DNA of 64,000 nucleotides from Spirobacillus cienkowskii (GTDB lineage: Bacteria; Bdellovibrionota_B; Oligoflexia; Silvanigrellales; Silvanigrellaceae), in contig NZ_CP146516.1 of the NCBI RefSeq assembly GCF_037081835.1, positions 2,109,577 through 2,173,576 of the forward strand. The letters are read 5' to 3'. The translations under genes were made by a program, and so were the position numbers. The notes beneath the pieces are model-generated. The model did no database searches. It saw nothing but the letters and a program-made list of their open reading frames with translations, and was not told where the DNA came from. Below are positions 58,868 to 64,000 of the stretch, piece by piece (within the stretch, counting starts at the first letter, position 1; every line of letters starts with the position of its first letter).

Positions 58868-60697
58868 ATGGTAGATGACAAAAATAACGATGACTTTGAT
58901 AATGAGTCCCCTTCGGCTCGTAAACGTTCAACCAATAATTCAACAACCCGACGCTATATTCGTAGGCCACCTGAAGAAAACACGCTTTTTAACGAAAATT
59001 CTTCAGCAGCACCTTCTTCACAAGGAGATAATGATAGCGAGAACATTTCTACGTACACACCCTCACGGCGTGTATTTACGAGATCAAAAGACCCTTCCAA
59101 TACGGGAACATCTCAAAATCATAGCTCATCTTCCAATATGCCATTCACACGTTCGTCTCCTTATGGTATGAGTAATCCACCCCCTAACAGAATGGGGTCT
59201 CCACAAGCTTCAATGAACGCAGGAGGAGGTTCAACAGTGCATCCCGCATCACCAGCTATGCAACAACAATCTTCGCAACAGGGTCAGTCGTCAAACAATC
59301 AATCGTACCGTTCTTTTCAGGGACACAACCACCCAGCAAATCAACAGTCACGAGGACATCATTCCGCATCAAGACGCTCTGATTTGCCTCGCCCTTCTCA
59401 AGGAGGAGCAGAAGAAAAAGAACCAGAATTCAATTCAGAAGTTCCTGTTATGAATCTAAAAGAGCTGAAAGAAAAACACATCAGTGATTTGGTTCATATG
59501 GCAAAAGAGATGGGAATTGATGGCGCAGCAAATTTAAGAAAACAAGATCTCGTTTTCTCACTTCTTGAAGCACAAGCAGTGCGCAATGGAGTTGTATACT
59601 CTGAAGGTGTTCTGGAAACATTACCTGATGGTTTTGGCTTTTTAAGAGCTCCTGACTACAATTATTTGCCTGGGCCTGATGACATTTATGTCTCACCTTC
59701 ACAAATTCGTCGCTTTAATTTACGTACCGGCGATACAGTATCAGGACAAATTCGTCCACCAAAAGATAACGAACGTTACTTTGCACTATTAAAAGTAGAA
59801 TCTGTAAATGGAGAAACTCCTGATTTTACAGGAGAGAAAATACTATTTGATAACTTAACAACCATTCACCCAGATTTTAGATTTAAACTCGAAAACGATC
59901 CGCAAATTTATAGCACACGTTTAATTGACTTATTTGCGCCAATCGGAAAAGGGCAAAGAGCTCTTATTGTGGCACCTCCTAAAACAGGTAAAACAATTTT
60001 ATTGCAAAACATTGCAAACTCTATTGCACAAAATCACCCAGAAGCTGTGCTTATTGTTTTACTTATTGATGAACGCCCCGAAGAAGTGACAGACATGGAA
60101 CGCTCAGTGCGTGGCGAAGTTGTGAGCAGTACATTTGATGAGCCTGCGCAACGCCATGTTCAAGTTGCAGAAATGGTCATCGAAAAAGCAAAACGTCTTG
60201 TCGAACACAAAAAAGATGTGGTTATTCTGCTTGACTCCATTACACGTCTGGCGCGCGCATACAACAGCGTTGTTCCGCCAAGTGGTAAAATTTTAACTGG
60301 TGGTGTGGATGCCAACGCGCTTCACAAACCAAAAAGATTTTTTGGTGCAGCACGTAACGTCGAAGAAGGCGGTAGCTTAACAATCATTGCAACCGCATTG
60401 ATTGATACAGGCAGCCGTATGGATGAAGTGATTTTTGAAGAGTTCAAAGGTACAGGTAATATGGAACTTGTGCTCGATCGCCGCTTAGCAGAACGCAGAG
60501 TCTTTCCAGCAATTGATATTAATAAGAGTGCAACACGCAGAGAAGATCTCTTACTCGGCAGAGAAACTCTCAATCGTTTGTGGGTACTGCGTAAGGTGCT
60601 TCACCCTATGTCGCCTATTGAATCGATGGAGTTCTTACTACAACGTTTTGAGCGCTCAGAAACCAATGATGAGTTTTTAAGCAGCATGAACGGTTAA
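58868..60697 (+). CDS. rho: transcription termination factor Rho with a ~190-aa S/N/Q/P/G-rich N-terminal extension
   Basis: The canonical Rho N-terminus [22 protein letters not shown] begins about 195 residues in. Walker A/B and Q/R loops present (…[17 protein letters not shown]…). The start is uncertain: ATG at 58868, or the ATG at 58799 (MTQPA); the ORF track begins at 58763. Confidence 0.85.
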   Translation: MVDDKNNDDFDNESPSARKRSTNNSTTRRYIRRPPEENTLFNENSSAAPSSQGDNDSENISTYTPSRRVFTRSKDPSNTGTSQNHSSSSNMPFTRSSPYGMSNPPPNRMGSPQASMNAGGGSTVHPASPAMQQQSSQQGQSSNNQSYRSFQGHNHPANQQSRGHHSASRRSDLPRPSQGGAEEKEPEFNSEVPVMNLKELKEKHISDLVHMAKEMGIDGAANLRKQDLVFSLLEAQAVRNGVVYSEGVLETLPDGFGFLRAPDYNYLPGPDDIYVSPSQIRRFNLRTGDTVSGQIRPPKDNERYFALLKVESVNGETPDFTGEKILFDNLTTIHPDFRFKLENDPQIYSTRLIDLFAPIGKGQRALIVAPPKTGKTILLQNIANSIAQNHPEAVLIVLLIDERPEEVTDMERSVRGEVVSSTFDEPAQRHVQVAEMVIEKAKRLVEHKKDVVILLDSITRLARAYNSVVPPSGKILTGGVDANALHKPKRFFGAARNVEEGGSLTIIATALIDTGSRMDEVIFEEFKGTGNMELVLDRRLAERRVFPAIDINKSATRREDLLLGRETLNRLWVLRKVLHPMSPIESMEFLLQRFERSETNDEFLSSMNG

Positions 60698-60728
60698 AAC
60701 GCCATTGTTGTCATTTGCAACAAAAAAA

Positions 60729-60762
60729 GGAGTTTGCTCTTTTGTAGCAGACTCCTTTTTTT
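60729..60762 (+). terminator. rho-independent terminator after rho
   Basis: GGAGTTTGC…GCAGACTCC stem (9 bp, one G-U) followed by TTTTTTT. Confidence 0.6.
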
Positions 60763-60813
60763 GTTTAAAATTTGTATTTTTTAAAATGAAAAACTTCGAC
60801 ACTAAAAAAGATC

Positions 60814-61350
60814 TCAAACGTAAGAATTCATTGTAAGAGAATTCCCAAGCAACGGATCCCTTACGTAAATAATTGGCAAGCTATTTACTTGAGAAGCTCT
60901 TTTTGCAAGATCATAGACAAACTGTTTCTTTCCATCTACATAATGCCCATCCATTACATAAATTCCTTTAGCTTTTATTTCTCTAGTTGGAGGAAGATTT
61001 GGATATATTGAAATCCCAGCTTTACCAACAATAATAACTTCGTTAAAGCTCATAGTTTTTTCTATCAACAGTCTTGGTGGAATAATTTTTCTATCAATAT
61101 TTTTGTTAATATAATCAACTAAAGCAAATCGATTAATAACTTTTCTTTGAAAATTTCCATTGCTTGATGTCGTACCTATATGGTTTTTAAAGCTGATATC
61201 TGAGGAGTTTGTAGAAATAATATTCTGAGGTGGAACATCAAGAATATAACCAATACTTCCATAAGCCTCAAGTAAAACATTTGAAATTAGTGAAGTGCTT
61301 ATCGCATCCCAATTAGAAACTATGTTGTCAAAATTTGAAGTTAATAACTT
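60814..61350 (-). pseudogene. 3' remainder of the IS-interrupted gene
   Basis: Coding potential on the minus strand directly abutting the other terminal inverted repeat (ORF 60814..61068 plus upstream frames). Product unknown. Confidence 0.3.
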
Positions 61351-61370
61351 ATACGCCGTCCACTAAGTTT

Positions 61371-61952
61371 TTAACATAAGCTTGCCTTAGGTTTTGAATT
61401 CATAATTGACTTGACAATTTTTTGTGTTAATTGATTCCAACCACTAGAGCATTTTTGAACGAGATCTTCATAATCTTTATAAATTTTAAATGATAAGTGA
61501 TTCCTTTTAAAATAACTCCATAACCTTTCAATTGGATTTAACTCTGGAGAAAATGAAGGTAAAAAAATAAATGATATATTTTGGGGTAAAATTAATTTTT
61601 TGCTTTTATGTGCACTAGCTCCATCTAGTATAATAATAATATGCTCATTCTTAGGTACGGTCTTGGAGTACTCATTGATAAAAATTTGCATGTTTTCAAC
61701 ATTTAAATTTGGTAATATCATTCCAAAATATTTGCCCGTATCTTTGTTAGCAGTAGCATACATCCATGAGTTTAAATAACCCATTTGAGTTTTAAATTCT
61801 GGTCTGATTGGGAAAGGACTCCAAATACCAGCTTTTATTGTCATTTGTCCAAATCGTGATTCATCTTGAAAATCTATGTTTATTTTTTTTCCTGGATTTT
61901 TTACTTTAATTTCATTAATTTTATTTGGTAAATCTTTAATCCATTCGGCCAT
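61371..61952 (-). CDS. IS630-family transposase, DDE_3 catalytic part (orfB), in the +1 frame relative to orfA
   Basis: DDE region (…IIILDGASAHKS…). The orfB frame is open upstream across the orfA stop. A frameshift mutation or a required recoding event is implied. Confidence 0.55.
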   Translation of the reverse strand: MAEWIKDLPNKINEIKVKNPGKKINIDFQDESRFGQMTIKAGIWSPFPIRPEFKTQMGYLNSWMYATANKDTGKYFGMILPNLNVENMQIFINEYSKTVPKNEHIIIILDGASAHKSKKLILPQNISFIFLPSFSPELNPIERLWSYFKRNHLSFKIYKDYEDLVQKCSSGWNQLTQKIVKSIMNSKPKASLC

Positions 61953-62002
61953 TTTTTCTGGATCATTTTTTATATGCTTTGTTCTTGGAACAACTCTTCT
62001 TA

Positions 62003-62464
62003 TTAATGTTCTTTGAAGGAACTTGTATAACCCACTTTTACTAAATTTTTTTTTAATTTCGTTTTGGATTCTATAATACTATTTATTATTTGAGCATGAA
62101 CAACTTTTTCCTCATTAAATTCAGAATTTAATTGAATGATTTCAGTTTTTAAAATTTCAACTTCTTCTTTATTTACAAAGGATGGACGACCAGAACGTGG
62201 TTTATCAAGTAAAAAATAAATACCATTATTCTTATAGTTTGAAACCCAATAATTTGCCCGTCCTCTTGAAAGGCATAATAAAGTTTCAATCTTTTTTTCA
62301 GAAAATCCTACGGAATATAAAAAAATTATAAATAATCGACGTAAAAGATTAAAACTTAATTTATTTTGAGGTATTCTCTTTAAATCATCCATAAGTTGTT
62401 GTACATTATTCATTGTGCTGCAGTGTCCTTTTATAAAAGAAAGTACGAATGTTAACTGCAGCAT
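62003..62464 (-). CDS. IS630-family transposase, N-terminal HTH part (orfA)
   Basis: HTH/winged-helix part with the RSGRP motif. Confidence 0.6.
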   Translation of the reverse strand: MLQLTFVLSFIKGHCSTMNNVQQLMDDLKRIPQNKLSFNLLRRLFIIFLYSVGFSEKKIETLLCLSRGRANYWVSNYKNNGIYFLLDKPRSGRPSFVNKEEVEILKTEIIQLNSEFNEEKVVHAQIINSIIESKTKLKKNLVKVGYTSSFKEH

Positions 62465-62549
62465 ATCCTGTTTTCAATATTCATCAATTTCCGTATAAAT
62501 ATTTATTTTTGGTTATCTATGTTGCCAACAAACTTAGTGGACGGCGTAT

Positions 62550-62748
62550 TATTACGCTCAGGTTCCATTGGTTTATTAATCATATAAACAAGATGCATCC
62601 ATTTTCTACCATTTCTAGAATCTACTCCATTATTTGGTCTATGAAATTCAATTTGGTATTTTGGATTATAATTATGTAAATATCTCCACTCATATAAATC
62701 GGTATAGTTAGTTTGATTAATAAAAGGTAAATTAATTTTTTTTTCCAT
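62550..62748 (-). pseudogene. 5' fragment of a gene interrupted by the IS630-family element
   Basis: The ORF 62503..62748 runs straight into the IS terminal inverted repeat. The remainder of the reading frame resumes below 61350. Confidence 0.4.
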
Positions 62749-63028
62749 AGATTATCCAATACATTATTTAATGAAAAAATATGATATCTAATCCAATTAA
62801 TATTTATCATACATAAAATCATTAATAATAATTAAAAAATTTTAATATTAAATATATTATAACAAAAATCTAATATTATAGTTTTACTATAATATTAAAA
62901 TCAATATTTATCATATTTAATTTTTTTTTAAAGATATTTAAAATATTAAATATTTTACTTGTAAAAAATTAAACAAATAAAGCGAAAATTATTATATAAT
63001 ACTTTATAAAAAAATATTATATGATTTA

Positions 63029-63690
63029 ATGAAAAGATTTATCCCATTATGTAATATTTTTGTAAGTTTTTCCTCTTTTGCAAATGACAGCCACCCGTAA
63101 CTCATGAAAAACTTGCTTTCGCTGCAGAAGAATTTAATAAAGAAATTTCTCAAAATCTTTCGTTAAATTTAACCCAAACAGTTTGTGGAACCATCGGCTG
63201 CAAATCTGAAATTACAAAAAACAATGCAATCTTAAGCGATGTTGTTTTTTCGGGTGAAATCAATAATTCTACAAATGTATCCAAAATAAATATTGATGTT
63301 ACAAATAGATTTGATTATACATCAAATACTTTGAGCTATGTTTGTTTATCTAATAATGAATGTAAGTTTTATGGGCCAGAAGAAATTCAAAAAGCAAATT
63401 TTGCATTTGAAAACGGATCATTTTTAAAAGAACGCTCAAAAAGAAGTCCACAGTGCTGGACTGATCCAAAGCTGTGAGGAGCAGCAGGTACTTTTCTGGG
63501 TATGGGAATGGCTGGAGAGTATTTAGGCCAAGGGTTTGCCACAATAAATAGAGCTGTTGAAAGAGGTATCGCAAACACATGGAATGCCTATACAAATTAC
63601 CATATAAACCGCGCGCAAGGTCATGGTATTATGAGAGGCAATGGTGGATGGATAACAGAAAACACAGAATTAAATAATCACAACCAATAA
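63029..63690 (+). pseudogene. decaying gene for a small secreted protein (signal peptide, then frameshift, then in-frame TGA)
   Basis: ATG at 63029 gives MKRFIPLCNIFVSFSSFANDSHP, then a stop. The body continues in another frame (…VCGTIGCKSEI…PQCWTDPKL). An in-frame TGA follows at ~63475, then …GAAGTFLGMGMAGEYLGQGF… to 63690. Confidence 0.4.
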
Positions 63691-63875
63691 AAAAATTTAG
63701 GTTAAATTATGCAAAAATTTTTTGTAAACTTAGATAAATCCCTTATCTATTGGAGTATCAGTTGGTTTATGATCGGCCATTTGATTAGTGAAACATACAA
63801 ACACTTTTTTAATATTCATCCGCTTACTGATCTTTTTATAGGAGTTTATAATTTATTTTTGCATATTTTTAACTA

Positions 63876-64000
63876 AGTCTGCTGATCTTTTTCAAGCGCC
63901 ACTTCCACTTCAATTTTTGTGCGCTTAGGTTTGAGAGAGCGACTTTCAATCACAATAATACCAGCTAAAACAATTGCACCACCCAAATACTGAGTTGGTG
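63876..64000 (-). CDS. partial CDS (C-terminus only) of a membrane protein, possibly a DMT/EamA-type transporter; continues beyond the window
   Basis: Reverse-strand translation …GGAIVLAGIIVIESRSLKPKRTKIEVEVALEKDQQT-stop. Hydrophobic helix followed by a charged tail. Confidence 0.3.

Larger units (their letters stand above)
61351..62549 (-). mobile_element. IS630/Tc1-mariner family insertion sequence (~1.2 kb) with 19-bp perfect terminal inverted repeats
   Basis: TIR ATACGCCGTCCACTAAGTT at 61351-61369, and its exact reverse complement at 62531-62549. Encloses the transposase ORFs. Confidence 0.7.

Noticed and set aside
63473-63478. In-frame TGA as selenocysteine or recoded sense codon
   Set aside because: TGA clearly terminates other genes in this window (for example murF). 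The same gene also carries a frameshift just after its signal peptide, so simple decay is more parsimonious. No SECIS-like hairpin was noticed.

Overview
AT-rich window (roughly 30% GC by eye) from a diderm bacterium. Evidence for the diderm call: an AsmA-like protein, a predicted outer-membrane beta-barrel, lipoproteins with lipoboxes, and fadIJ. Gene content and composition are reminiscent of Bdellovibrionota/Oligoflexia-like lineages, but that is inference only. TGA is a stop codon here (murF and other genes end in TGA), so translation table 11 applies. TTG and GTG appear to be used as start codons for several genes.

Conserved backbone, in order: murF; a small ORF; a PBP transpeptidase (ftsI-like); tRNA-Arg(CCG); a phosphohexomutase; a CoaD-like gene with a long C-terminal extension; a glutaryl-CoA-dehydrogenase-like acyl-CoA dehydrogenase; tatD; hrpB; fadI-fadJ on the minus strand; yebC; an M14 carboxypeptidase; a TPR lipoprotein; an ldcA-mpl fusion; a rhodanese; an alpha/beta hydrolase; asmA; the rpsU-dnaG-rpoD macromolecular-synthesis operon; folB; rocD; rho.

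Accessory and unusual material:
- a ~2.5 kb restriction-modification islet inserted next to tRNA-Arg and bracketed by an imperfect direct repeat of the tRNA 3' end;
- a frameshifted GNAT acetyltransferase;
- a ~10 kb block of lineage-specific secreted or membrane proteins, including a DUF2235-like GxSxG hydrolase and a two-gene membrane operon;
- an Rpn-like PD-(D/E)XK protein carrying a 6x (EARG) coding repeat, preceded by two palindromes;
- an extremely AT-rich islet with two orphan genes;
- an IS630-family element (19-bp terminal inverted repeats, split transposase) inserted into a gene;
- a decaying secreted-protein gene with a frameshift and an in-frame TGA.

DnaG, RpoD and Rho all carry large low-complexity insertions or extensions. 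No CRISPR array and no rRNA were seen.
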